From Octopus sinensis (lineage: Eukaryota), in assembly GCF_006345805.1 (NCBI RefSeq), contig NC_043009.1, forward strand, positions 7,750,001-7,814,000: a stretch of DNA of 64,000 nucleotides, in the 5' to 3' direction. Below, piece after piece: positions 42,862 through 56,009 of the stretch. Below the pieces are notes generated by a model. That model saw nothing but the letters and a program-made list of their open reading frames with translations. It was not told the origin of the DNA and did no database searches. Position numbers and translations under genes: made by a program. The first letter of the stretch is position 1. The number at the start of each line of letters is the position of its first letter.

Positions 42862-43699
42862 TTATATATATGTATATGTATGTATATGCATGCATGCATG
42901 TATGTATGTATGTACGTATGTATATGAGTAAACAAAAGAAAGTATTATTCAACACATATAGGATCGTATCTATTTAATAAGTTTCACTCGTCTCCACATT
43001 ACTTAAAAGTCTTGTGGACATAGAATAAGTAAACACACACACGCGTAAACACACACACATCACATCACACACATATGCACACACATGACAGACTCCTTTA
43101 TACACCAGTGTCAATGACCTCCAGGAAAAAAGTTCCCAAATCGATACACCATTTCGAACGGACAATAAATGTTTTGTAGAAGAAATGGGGAAACTAAATT
43201 AATCTAGTAAAAAAAACCGAAAAGTGGAGAAATCTAGTGTCTGAAAATTCAAAACAGATTCCATTGCCATGGAGTAAGTTCCTTAGAATGATAGAAAGAG
43301 GGAAATGTGTAGCAAAATTCTAATACTTGCACGATATTTGGAATATTGGTTTCAAATTTTAGCACAAGGCCTGTAATTTCGACGGAGTGGTGAATTGATC
43401 ACATCGACTCTTCCCCAGTATTTAATTAGTACTTATTTTATCGTTTGCAAAGGGATGAAAGGCCAAGTCGACCCCAGCGACATTTGAACTCAAAACGTGA
43501 AATTTTGTGTTAAACTTGGGAAGTCTGCTACAGAGACTTTGAGCACGCTTTGGCAAACTTAAGGCGATGAGGCAATGGGTCGTACGCAATGTTTCGAGGG
43601 GTACGGGTGCTTTAAAAGCGGAAGAGCTTCCCTGAAAGAAGATGAGCGATATGGATGACATGTTTGTGAGCGTCACCTTCAGAAATGCGGTATTGTGCA

Positions 43700-44225
43700 T
43701 CGAGAATTCTGGGGTTCTAACATGGGATTTTAACATGGAGTGAGACCAAGTCATAGAGGCGAGACGACCAGGTATGGTGCTCATCCATAAAGATGAAAAA
43801 GAAGTAAAGATTATAGATGTTGCAATACCTGGCGATTCGAGGGTGAAATGTAAGGAAAAAGAAAGATTGAGAAATACCAGCCACTGTGGGATGAGATGGG
43901 AAAATTATGAGGTATGCAGAAAGTTATGGTGATACCGGTGGTAATCGGAGAGTTAGGAGCCGTTTCCAATGACTTTGAAAAACATATTAAGAATATTGGA
44001 GCCGCTGTCAGGCTCGAGATGATCCAGAAGACAGCATTGTTGGGTACAGCTTGCATTCTAAAGAGAGTATTGTCTCTTTGAGACACAGGAGAAGGCACTA
44101 CTTGAAACATTTGGTGATTTGTTGTTGCTTGTGTTCAAGTAAAGAATAACTGGTAATTAAGAACTATCCAAGAGGCTTTCATAATAAAAAAATAAAAATT
44201 TAAAAATAGAAAAAAATAATAATCG
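43700..44225 (+). mobile_element. R4/Dong-like RLE 3' fragment nested in the mariner remnant
   Basis: VIEARRPGMV..IIDVAIPGD..EKYQPL..VIPVVIGELG..IQKTALLGTACILKRVLSL*, A/TAA-rich tail. Confidence 0.85.
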
Positions 44226-44229
44226 CTAC

Positions 44230-44605
44230 CACTATAGGCCTGAAATTTGGTGGGAGGGTGGCAATAGATTATATCTACCCCAGTATGCAACTGGTACTTA
44301 ATTTATCGACTCTGGAAGGATGAAAAGCAAAGTTGACCTCGGTGGAATTTGAACTCAGAACATAAAGACAGACTAAATACCTATTTCTTTACTACCCAAA
44401 AGGGGCTTAACACAGAGGGGACAACCAAGGACAGACAAACGGATTAAGTCGATTACATCAACCCCTGTGTGTAACTGGTGCTTAATTTATCGACCCCGAA
44501 AGGATGAAAGGCAAAGTCGACCTCGGCGGAATTTGAACTCAGAACGTAGCGGCAGACAAAATACTGCTAAGCATTTCGTCCGGCGTGCTAACGTTTCTGT
44601 CAGCT
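44230..44605 (-). mobile_element. SINE family B with an internal tandem duplication
   Basis: gatgaaag.caaagt.gacctcgg.ggaatttgaactcagaac occurs twice. Confidence 0.8.
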
Positions 44606-44920
44606 TGGATTCTTCACAAAGACACTGCACCCTGTCACGGAGCTCCGCTCACTCATGAGCTTCTCACCATAAACAACATGGTATCGCTTCTGTACCTGTC
44701 CTATTCACCAGATTTAAGAACTGCGGACTTTCGTCTCTTCCTTATGATGAAAAAGCAGCCCTAATGTCGTCGTCATTTTAACACCGTTGTCGAGATCGTA
44801 GAAGGTCCTCGACTTGCTTACGGAAAACCACTTCCAGGCCGGATTCCAAAAGCTGCAGAAACGCTGAGACCGATATACTACTGCGTAAGGTGACTATTTT
44901 GAAGGAGATGATGTTAAGTT

Positions 44921-44996
44921 ATGGGGACATAAACACTCCAACATTGGTTGAAAAGCGATGGTGGTGAGGAATAAATATAAACACAAAGACACACAC

Positions 44997-45035
<39 letters not shown>

Positions 45036-45190
45036 CATACAATGAGCTTCTTTCAGTTTCCGTCTACTAAAGCCACTCACAAGGCTTTGGTCAGCCAGAG
45101 GCTATAGTAGAAGGCACCTGCCCAAAGTGCCATGCAGTGGGACTGAACCCGGGACCATATGGTTGAGAAGCAAGCTTCTTACCTCACATT
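44921..45190 (-). mobile_element. SINE family A
   Basis: Reverse complement of the consensus. Confidence 0.8.
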
Positions 45191-45609
45191 CTCCTGGGAA
45201 GAGTAACAATTTTCGGTCTTCGGTTATTACTCATTTAATCAATATTTGATCCGATAAATGACCAACCTGCAACTCTCGATACTTGCTAAATGGCATACCC
45301 AACAAAAACTTTACCTCGAATTCTTTTTAGCAGTGTGTTCTGCCAGATGGTGAGTCGTGTTTTATGCGGCCCACTTCCCGAAAACTGTTGTCCATGGCCG
45401 CCTTATCGTTATATTCATATAATTCTTTGTGGCAGCCATTCTCCTTCAGCAGCCTATCATGGGACGTGAAGTGGGTACGGATCACACATGGTAGCCACTT
45501 TAAATGCATGCATTTGATATAGACAAAGGTATGTCATATGTAAGAAAGGGGCGGCCAAATTCTCTACCGCACATGGCAACCAAACTCCACTTTGAATTTT
45601 TACTGTATG

Positions 45610-45940
45610 AAGGTGCATGACTTAGATGTTTGGGTATTCAGCTCACAATCGTAAGATCGTGAGTTCGATACCAACCCATTCCTACACGTTCTGTCCTTGA
45701 GCAAAACACTTTATTCCACGTTGTTCCAGTCCCCTCACCTGGCGAAAATGAGCTGTACCAGTAATTCAAAGGGCAAGTTCTGTCACATTCTGAGTCATGC
45801 TGAATCTCCCAGAGAGCTATGTTATCGGTACACATGTCTGTGGAGTGCTCAGCCACTTGCACATAAATTTCACGAGCAGGTTGTTCCGTTGGTCGGATCA
45901 GCTGAAACTCTCATCGCCGCAATCGACGGAGAACCAGTTG
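45610..45940 (+). mobile_element. C-related SINE
   Basis: tRNA-like head (gagttcgatacc), ccttgagcaa core and the family C 3' body. Confidence 0.7.
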
Positions 45941-46084
45941 TGTTTTTTATTTTTTATTCTATTTTATTGTCTTTGTAAGTAGCTATCCTTTGCGAAAATA
46001 TTGTTGCTCAGCTTTGCGCATTTTTAAGCCTCAACATTTCAGCATTTTTTTCTTTGTGTGTGTGTGTGATTTCATGCTTATCCT

Positions 46085-46460
46085 CCACCACTGCCCGAAT
46101 AACGGTGTTGTTTGTTTACGTCCCCGTAAACTAGCGGTTCGGCAAGAGGAAACCAATAAAATAAGTACCAGGCTTTGAAAAAAAAAAAAAAGTATCGGGG
46201 GGGCAATTTGCAAGACTAAACTTTTCAATGCGATGCTCCAGCATGGCTGCAGTCTAGTGCCTGAAACAAGTAAAAGGTAAAAAATATTAGATTTTACTTA
46301 GTTAGGCATAGGAGTGGCTGTGTGGTAAGTAGCTTGCTTACCAACCACATGGTTTCAGGTTCAGTCCTGCTGCATGGCACCTTGGGCCGACCAAAGTGAG
46401 TGGAGTTGGTAGATGGAAACTGAAAGAAGCGCGTCATATATATGTATGTGTGTGTGTGCG

Positions 46461-46491
<31 letters not shown>

Positions 46492-46704
46492 TTGTGCGTC
46501 TGTGTTTGTCCCCCCAACATCGCTTGACAACCAATTCTGGTGTGTTTACGTACCCGTAACTTAGCGGTTCGGCAAAAGAGATCCGATAAAATAAGTACTA
46601 GGCTTACAAAAGAATAAGTCCTGGGGTCGATTTGCTCGACTAAAGGCGGTGCTCCAGCATGGCCACAGTTCAAATGACTGAAACAAGTAAAAAGAGTGAA
46701 AGAG
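46085..46704 (+). mobile_element. Two tandem SINE family A copies (3' half 46085-46280; near-full 46305-46704)
   Basis: Homology to other copies. Confidence 0.85.
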
Positions 46705-47398
46705 TTCGAGATAAAATCTTTTTTAGATGGAAACAAGCTGTTTTCTTCCTCCACTGGAGTTCTGTTGCTTCTTCATAAGAACGAAACATATGCAGTTTAG
46801 CATGGATCTCCTGTATAAATAAGTTACTCGTTGATTTCGAGAGATTCACTTTGTGTTATGACGTATTCTAATAGCATTTGTCACTCTTCTTTTTCTCTTC
46901 TAATTCCTTACTATCCTCGTTAAAGATTGAGAGAACTTTTATTTAATTTTTTATCTTTCTTATTATGCTTGTTAGCCACAGTTTGCATATTCCTGAATGA
47001 AGCGTTTCGAAGAGGGACACCAATTCTATTTGCAACTACTCTGACGGTTGCATAGATTATTTGATTTAACCTTGTGATATTGACTTTCGTGTCTGTTTAT
47101 ACTATATTTGTGATAACCTGCACGCCTTCCTCTCATTGATGTTGCTATGTTATCGTTCAGTTTTATCTCTGAGAGGGTCTCTCATTCGTCTTCGTTAGTC
47201 CATGCGAAGATCTTCGATCGATTTGAATTCTTTGACATATTTCCACCAACAGATTACTATCGGATTCAGAACCTCACGATTTATGTTCTTAGCGTTCACA
47301 ATTTCAATATCTTCTTTTAATTTTCGTTGTTTGTATTTTTATTGTTTTTATTTTTCTTCATTGTTTGAATTATTTATCATCAATTCTTTCTTTTCTAC

Positions 47399-47491
<93 letters not shown>

Positions 47492-47497
47492 ACATAC

Positions 47498-47532
<35 letters not shown>

Positions 47533-47564
47533 CATACATATATACATACATATATATATAATAT

Positions 47565-47606
<42 letters not shown>

Positions 47607-47676
47607 CATATATATATATACATATATATATATACACATATATATATATATATACATACACAAATATATATATATA

Positions 47677-47750
<74 letters not shown>

Positions 47751-48563
47751 GCTGGTACTGTTTTTGTTTCAAAAATATATCTTCTTAAATTAGTAGCTTC
47801 TCTGTATGGATCCAAAGTTATTTCTAGATCCATTATGCTTTGTTCAGACACACAAATCGGCTATATTCGTCTCGTTTATTTATTCTTTTTAAATTTTATT
47901 TTATTATATATTTTTATCTGTACATATTATTATATATATGCATATACATTCATATGTATATTATGTATATATTTAATTTTATTATATATTTTCATCTGTA
48001 TGTTTTATTAATTTATTAATTTATTTTGTGGAGTGTGGCTGTAAATATTTATGTAGTATGGAAACCAATTCCTATCAGATCTCTTTATGCATTTTCTTCT
48101 TTTTTCTTTGGGTCGGGGGAGTTGAGTGGTTTAAAGTGTAAAGTTCGACTATTTGTTTAAATTGTCATTATTTTATCGATTACTCACACGTTTGTTTCTT
48201 TTCGGCCTTTTTATGCATAATTTTTATGCATCGAATTAATATCAAAATACGATTTTCCCTCTTTAACCTTGAACCTGAATGATACAGCTTTTTTTGTTTG
48301 TATTGTTTGTCGTATTTTGTTTTGGGTTGAAATTATCTGGTATCGATTTGACTTGTGCTCCATTACTTGTTAATACAGTTATTGTTGTTTTTGCTTTTGT
48401 TGTTGTTGCTGCTGCTGCTGATGACGATGATGATAATGATAATGATGGTGTTAGTACTGTTTAATTGTTTTCTAAGAGGATGGTAAAGTGCTTTTACTTT
48501 TGAAAATATTTTCAAGTATTTAAAAAAAAAATTATCCCGCCACAGAGATTACTACTAATATTA

Positions 48564-48740
48564 TAGGCGCAGGAGTGGCTGTGTGGTAAGTAGCTTGCTT
48601 ACCAACCACATGGTTCCGGGTTCAGTCCCACTGCATGGCACCTTGGGCAAATGTCTTCTACTATAGCCTCGGGCCAACCAAAGCCTTGTGAGTGGAGTTG
48701 GTTGATGGAAACTGAAAGAAGCCCGTCATATATATGTATA

Positions 48741-48776
<36 letters not shown>

Positions 48777-48868
48777 TGTATGTATGTATGTATGTATGCA
48801 TGTATGTATGTATGTATGTAGTATGTATGTATGTATGTAGTATGTATGTATGCATGCATGCATGTATG

Positions 48869-48899
<31 letters not shown>

Positions 48900-49300
48900 T
48901 GTATGTATGTATGTTTGTATGTATGTATGTATGTATGTATGTATGTATGTATGTATGTTTGTATGTATGTATGTTTGTATGTATGTATGTATGTATGTAT
49001 GTATGTATGTATGTATGTATGTATGTATGTGTGTGTGTATGTATGTATGTATGTATGTGTGTGTGTATGTATGTATGTGTGTGTATATGTTTGTGTGTCT
49101 ATGTTTGTTCCCTAACGTTGCCTGACAACCAATGCTGGTGTGTTTACGTCCCCGTAACTTAGCGGTTCGGCAAAAGAGACCGATAGAATAAGTACTAGGC
49201 TTACAACGAATAAGTCCTCCTGGGGTCGATTTCTTCGACAAGAGGCAGTGCTCCAGCATGGCCGCAGTCAAATGACTGAAATAAGTAAAAGAGTAAAGAG
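48564..49300 (+). mobile_element. SINE family A with a ~360-bp internal (TATG)n
   Basis: Head and tail conserved around the expanded microsatellite. Confidence 0.9.
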
Positions 49301-49604
49301 TACCTTCGCTTCTCCTCCCACTCCTCCTCCTCCTCCTCTTCCTTCTCCTCCACCTTCGCTTTCTCCTTCTCATCCTACACTTTTACGGTCACGATGGAAT
49401 ATGAATAACGATGAAAGTGTTTGCTTCCCAGAAATATACAATTAATTCGAAACAAAACGCCAGTGGGGAAACTTTCATCCATTCCAGAGTGGAATGGGGC
49501 CTCAATGGAAACGCCTTCTTTCCCGAATATTCCAAAGTGAAATCAACAGTAATTTTTTTCTTCTTTCATTTGGCAATTTAGGAGGTAATTGCCTCTGTGT
49601 GTGT

Positions 49605-49656
<52 letters not shown>

Positions 49657-50244
49657 AAGGATAGTGGTAGTGGTGGTGCTGGAGGGGGATTGGATGAGGA
49701 GGAGAGAAGAAGAAGAAGAACAACAACAACAAACAACAAGAAGAAGAGAAGAAGAAGAAGAGAAGAAGAAGAAGAAGAAGAAGAAGAAGAAGATAAAGAA
49801 GAGGAGTTTGCCGTAAGGCGAGCAATTTTAGTGGGAGGGGGTTAGTCAATTACATCATCTCCAGTACTCAACAGGTCCCTATTTTAGAGAGAAGAAAGAG
49901 ATAGAAAGAAATCCTTTATCCAAGAATTTCAAGGCTTCAAGCAACAGATCCAATCCATTGTTTTGATCGATAAGAATCTTGGAAGACAAACAGAAAACCG
50001 TTGGAAAGAAAAGAAAGAGTGAGCCTAGACGAAAGTAAGTAGACAGACGGATAAAGCCCTCAGAAGGGCGCTTTTTCGGTATAAACTTAATAAGGAACAC
50101 TTTGTTCTCTGACAGAATAATGTGATCGATGGCGAGTAGTGAGTCTTTCCTAAGAGAATGTATTGTGTCTCAACATACGCTTGTTGACTAAAACCAGAGT
50201 TCTGAAGAGCGGGAGAAAGCACTTGCCTTTGCCAGTAACAGCAG

Positions 50245-50605
50245 TGGAGGCGCAATGGCCCAGTGGTTAGGGCAGCGGACTCGTGGTCGGAGGATCGCGT
50301 TTTCGATTCCCAGACTGGGAAAACACCTAGAGATCCACGAGGCTCCGGCAGGGGGTGGTGGTGACCCCTGTTGTTTCTCTTTCGCCCCAACTTTCTCTTA
50401 CTGTTTCTTCCTGTTTCTTGTCCCTGATTTCCTACGCAACTGCTGAGCCTGGATGCGCATTCATCCACCCGTCGATGCTCTCGGTGTCGGGGGGGGGGGT
50501 GACCTGCTTTCTCTTCTGCGGGTCTTACGAATAGCAAAGGACCACGTTTCGGACTTCTCCCACTACAGCTGGGACGAAGACCGCTTCGGTCAACAAACAA
50601 ACAAG
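50245..50605 (+). mobile_element. SINE family C head with a different 3' body and (AAAC)n tail
   Basis: Head matches the 35392 copy; 3' part from ~50420 is unrelated to 35005-35190. Confidence 0.75.
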
Positions 50606-50694
50606 CAGTAACAGCAATGGGGAGTTTGAAGAGTTCCCTAATTGGCCTTAGTAGATGTTCTCCTGCTCAAACACTTCATGTCATTCATGTTTGT

Positions 50695-50875
50695 AGGCGA
50701 CGAGCTGGCAGAATCGTTAGTACGCCTGATAAAATGCTTAGCGGCATTTCATCCGTCTCTGCGTCAAGAGTTCAAATGTCACCGAGGTCGACTTTGCCTG
50801 TCATCCTTTTGGAAGTTGATAAAACAAGTACCAGTTGAACACTGGGAACGATATAATCGATTTACCCCTTCCCCT
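50695..50875 (+). mobile_element. SINE family B
   Basis: aggcgacgagctggcagaatcgttag..gagttcaaat..gaggtcgactttgcc. Confidence 0.8.
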
Positions 50876-52081
50876 ATATTCTTAGTTCGATGCCTGGCTA
50901 TTTTGATTCACCCATGCCACATAGCTGGTGATAGCATCTCCTAGACTTATCTTTAAAAGAACTCAGGTTTCGTGGGTTGACGACAAGAATTTTTTTTTTC
51001 TGCAACATGTAGAAGACAACTGCGAGAGACAAGTGCCAATCACTTCAACCTACTGTCTCACAACAAAATTTTAAACCTAACCATACCCCTTGAGAAACAG
51101 TCCGTAACCGAACTGAAATATGAAATATGACTTCCCTACTCTCCCGCCCCTATGAATTAAAACTTTCATAATTAAACCACAGAAAATTTCTATTTAATGT
51201 AGAGAAAATATGTTTTAGGTGAGCTTCAAATTCTTCTTGTTTACTTTTGTCATTTATTCACGAATTGCAGAGAAGTTATATAATTTCATTTGCAGATGCA
51301 GCAAAAATTTGAGATCCGATTCTTTTTTGAAAGAGTTGTTACATCTTTTAACAACTAATTTTTTTCTTCTTCCACAAACTCGGGGGAGAAACTGTGTTTT
51401 CTTTAAAGATTCTTAAATATTTCTTCAATATTTTCATTTATTTATTGATAGTTCCCTGTTTTTCTTCTTCGCCTTAGTCTTCCGTTATAATTCCATTCAC
51501 ATCTAGAATGCCTTATAGTAATATTAAATCGATGAAAGTACATGGTTGGTTCTCCATAAAATGTGCGCCTGTGGGAACACACGTCTTGCAATCAATGCAC
51601 AAAAGGAATTAATATGCACACAAAGGGTTAGTTGTCTAAAATAATGAAGTAATTAAAAGTTATGCTTATTATACATTCAATGTTCAACGCACACGTGTTT
51701 TTTCACAAGAACACAAGACAGAAGAAACTTGCTCAACATAAGATTTTGCACGCGGATGCCGTCGTGTCAAAAGTACGCGCACTCGTAAACATGAAGCACA
51801 CTTCAGAATGATGAAAAACAAAGCTGATCCCGCGGGATTTGAAACGAAGAACCTAAGAGGCCCGGATCCCTACCAAAATGGCAGAAGAATTTTTCCAGCC
51901 ACTCCAAACCATTCCGCTAAACCATTTTTAAATATGTAACATAAGTAAGATGGAAATATGTTGCTCAGAATACCAGTCTCCGAGTAAGTATTCAGAAATG
52001 TGCAACGATCTTTCTCTTTTTTCCGCCACTCTCCCTCGTGGGCAGTTTGACTTGTCAAGTGACGCAGCCACCGAGCACTGC

Positions 52082-52475
52082 TCATCATCATCATTGTTCG
52101 ACCGTGGTCGAGACAATGGAATTTACCATGCCACGCCAGACTTCACGGTCCATCATGGCATTACGGAGGTCCTGTTGCTGGATGCCTGTATCCCTGGGGA
52201 TTACATCAGGGTAGGAGAGTGTGCGCCCTCTGGTATTGCGAGTAGATGGCTTTCAGAGGAGAAGAGTAGAAATTGCCTCGTTTTCAGCTCTACAACAATG
52301 TCCAGCAAACTGGACTCTCTTACCTTTCACAAGAGATGACACAGGTGGTAGTTTCCCATATATTTGCATTTTGGTTGGATGACGCTTCCAAGTGATATTT
52401 TGAGCTCTCATAAGGAGGCGAGTGTAGGTTCCATCCAACCGCCTCTCAAGCTCTCAAGCTCGCTTCGCCTTTGGC
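52082..52475 (-). mobile_element. RTE-type LINE 3' fragment with (GAT)n tail
   Basis: DGTYTRLLMRAQNITWKRH..RVQFAGHCCR..RGRTLSYPDVI..AMMDREVWR. Confidence 0.82.
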
Positions 52476-52612
52476 CATCACTGTTACCGTATTATGTAAC
52501 AGGCGCATTTCTTACTCTCTTCTGTTTCAGCATCACTCACATGAGACATAACCACGTTTGTACAACTTTTATTTATTCACATTCACTTTTGTATGAACAC
52601 TGTTATAAAGAC

Positions 52613-52882
52613 GGCAATCTTACGGTTCTGTCAACTGACCACGTGTATTTGTTAATATATGATTGTCGATTTCCGTCAAAAACTTTTATTTTTTTACATA
52701 TGGGGTTGGGGGAAATGGGATCTTTGGGGTTAGGGTTAGGACCCTAACTCTAACCCAAAGATCCCATTTCTCCCCAACCCCATATGTAAAAAAATAAAAG
52801 TTTTTGACGGAAATCGACAATCATATATAAACAAATATACGTGGTAAGTTGACGTAAAATATACTAGAACCGTAAGATTGCC
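52613..52882. mobile_element. Fully palindromic Merlin-like MITE with a perfect 8-bp TSD
   Basis: ggcaatcttacggttct...agaaccgtaagattgcc; ATAAAGAC at 52605-52612 and 52883-52890; centre ggggttagggttagg/accctaactctaaccc. Confidence 0.92.
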
Positions 52883-53183
52883 ATAAAGACTTGTTGTTGA
52901 ACTTTGACTCGATGTTGTTTGTCACACCAGTACACGCACCTTAACACAAACAAGAACACAGGATTCATGTTTACTCTTCTCTAAACTCTGGTGGATGGCG
53001 ACTGACCTGGTAGACCACCACAAGATCATCCAACACCTTTCCAGCAACAACCTTGGGCAGCTTTTTGAATTCCCTATGTTTAACACCCGTTGACATGTTT
53101 ACAAAATCAGAAAACATCACAGCACCCATGACTTTCGGAAACATTTTCCATACTGAGAATTGCTGAAGCCCGGAATAAACTAC

Positions 53184-53371
53184 CAGAGGCGTATATTCCG
53201 GGTGTGCTAGGTGTGCGCTTCACACCTATCGAAAATGGCAAATTCATTATAAATATTACTCATTAATTTAATCACAAATCTTAATGGAAAACTTTTGCTA
53301 TACCCCTATTTGAAACATGGTGGCATTGGGTGTCGCAGCACACCCAATACAACAACCACCATAAGCCACTG
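53184..53371. mobile_element. Old hAT-like MITE
   Basis: cagaggcgtat / ataagccactg termini plus subterminal gggtgtgct / agcacaccc; TSD decayed. Confidence 0.45.
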
Positions 53372-53579
53372 CAAAACCACCCGTATCATTTGTTGGCTGC
53401 CGGGTCACTTCATCCTTCAAAACTTCCATGCTTCCTGAAATTCGCTTGATATACATTGATCTATGTACCGTTCATGCACTTTTGTCTACCTTTCCTGATG
53501 AGATGTAATCACCTCTGCACCGATTACAATAAGTTTATTATTATTATTATTATTATATTATTATTATTATTATTATTAT

Positions 53580-53900
53580 TATTGAGTGAGAGAACAGTAC
53601 ATGCCATCAAAGTGACACTGGGGTAAAATATACAAAGCCCAGTATACCCATAAGGGTACACCAGGCAGATGCATCACAACCATATGTGCACGACATGGTG
53701 ATCTCATATCAAGATAAACAGCACACGACCTTGCAGGTGGGGCCCAGTTAGAATTTTCTTCTGGTCGAGTAGCCCATCCTGCTCAAAAGGTCCCTGAATA
53801 AGGGTTGTTTAAGGATGTTGAACGAACCACCCATGTTTCCAAAGGTGAATTATCCAAACTTCCAAGAATACCTTTCAACACGCAGCTATGATGCTCCCCC
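53580..53900 (-). mobile_element. Repeat family D
   Basis: Aligns with 24045-24375. Confidence 0.8.
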
Positions 53901-53904
53901 ACTT

Positions 53905-53984
<80 letters not shown>

Positions 53985-54516
53985 AGCTAGCTACATAATC
54001 TTAGAATATTTCTGTTCTATGCTCGAATATTACCGATGATTACTTATTTGAATTTAAACATGTACTTTCTAGATTTCTGAACAAAAAATTACAAAATTTC
54101 CACAGTTTAAACGCAGGAAAACAAAGCAAAAAAAGACGGGAAATAAGTATTATAAAAGTGAACCATTTCTACACTTCTGCATTAAAACTAGTTTCAAGGG
54201 AGATTACTCTGACTTTACTCTCTTGTCTTATTTTTTTTCATTCAACTGATTTTCCACCTCAGGCGCTGAGTTAGAAATTTGTACAAAAGCAGTAGAGTGG
54301 ATAAAAGTTCAACCTCGTACATTACTAATACCTATATAATCCGGTTGAAAGGGATAAAAAAAAAAACAGAGTCGAGACTTCCATGATTTAAATTTAGAAC
54401 GTAAAAGAGTGTAACTAAATATAACAATAACACAACTGACAAGAACGATGATGATGATGATGATGATGATGATGCAGTAATTAATTCGAAATAATGATTT
54501 AACGCTTATATTAATT

Positions 54517-54913
54517 AAATACCTATTTCTTTACTACCCACAAGGGGCTAAACACAGAGAGGACAAACGGATTAAGTCGATTATATCGACCCCAGAGCGT
54601 AACTGGCACTTATTTAATGGATGAAAGGCAAAGTCGACCTCGGTGGAATTTGAACTCAGAACGTAACGGCAGATTCATACCTATTTCTTTACTACCCACA
54701 AGGGGCTAAACACAGAGAGGACAAACAAGGACAGACAGACGGAATAAGTCGATTACATCGACCCCACTGCGTAACTGGTACTTAATTTATCGACACTGAA
54801 AGGATGAAAGGCAAAGTCGACCTCGGCGGAATTTGAACTCAGAACGTAGCGGCAGACGAAATACCGCTACGCATTTCGCCTGGCGTGCTAACGTTTCTGC
54901 CAGCCCGCCGCCT
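54517..54913 (-). mobile_element. SINE family B with a tandemly duplicated body
   Basis: atacctatttctttactacccacaaggggctaaacacagag..gacctcgg..ggaatttgaactcagaacgta unit occurs twice. Confidence 0.85.
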
Positions 54914-55119
54914 CAGTTCAATACCTGTGTATAACTTTCAATGTATATAAACATTTGTGTGCGTGTGTGCGCGCGCGTTCCTGCTTGTTCGATTAGTTGA
55001 GACAAAGGATGAAATTAACAAAGTGCGCGTTTGTGTTAGTGTATATTTACGTGTAAGTGTACATTTATGTATACGCGTATGTTGTGTGTATGTATATACA
55101 TCTATGTACATGTGAGTGT

Positions 55120-55240
55120 ACCAACAACATAGTTCCGGGTTCAGTCCCACCGTGTGGCACGTTGGGCAAGTGTCTTCTACTATAGCCTTGTGCATGGATT
55201 TGGTAGACGGAAACTGAAAGAAGCCCGTTGTATATATATT

Positions 55241-55279
<39 letters not shown>

Positions 55280-55544
55280 TCTGCTTGTGTGTATATGTGT
55301 CAGTGGGTTTTGTCCCCCCCCCCCAACGTCGCTTGGCAACCGATGATGGTGGTGTGTTTACGTCCCCATAACTTAGCGGTTCTGCAAAAGAGATCGATAG
55401 AATAAGTACTAGGCTTACAAAAATAAGTCCTGGGGTAGATTTGCTCGACTAAAGGCGGTACTCCAGCATGGCCGCAGTCAACTGACTGAAACAAATAAAA
55501 GAATACACACAGACTCACATAGATAGATATATAGATAGATAGAT

Positions 55545-55632
<88 letters not shown>

Positions 55633-55830
55633 CTAGATAGATAGATAGATAGATAGATTCCGGCCATGCTGGAGTATCGCCTTTAGTCGAGCAATTCAAC
55701 CCCAGGACTTATTCTTTGTAAGCCTAGTACTTATTCTATCGGTCTATTTTGCCGAACCGCTAAGTTACGGGGACGTAAACACACCAGCATTGGTTGTCAA
55801 GCAATGTTGGGGGTGGGGACAAACACACAT
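55120..55830. mobile_element. Tail-to-tail SINE family A pair (+ 55120-55505; - 55661-55830) around (GATA)n
   Basis: The two 3' halves are reverse complements. Confidence 0.85.
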
Positions 55831-55934
55831 ACACACACACACAACTTAAGTTAAGGCGCCAGAATTTATCCATACAATTTCAAAGTAAGGTGATTAAAAT
55901 CAAAATAACCTTTGGATATCCTTGTTGCTTATTT

Positions 55935-55976
<42 letters not shown>

Positions 55977-56009
55977 TATATATTATATATATATATATAT
56001 ATATATGCT

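Larger units (their letters stand above)
43495..44910 (+). mobile_element. Second, older mariner transposase remnant in two pieces (43495-43660, 44608-44910)
   Basis: NVKFCVKLGKSATETL..CFKSGRASLKEDER, then LHKDTAPCH..YSPDLRTADFRLF..GDYFEGD. Confidence 0.8.

Noticed and set aside
52900-53450. Possible Tc1-like transposase remnant (also 45327-45509)
   Set aside because: Only vague peptide resemblance; no catalytic motif or TIR could be fixed
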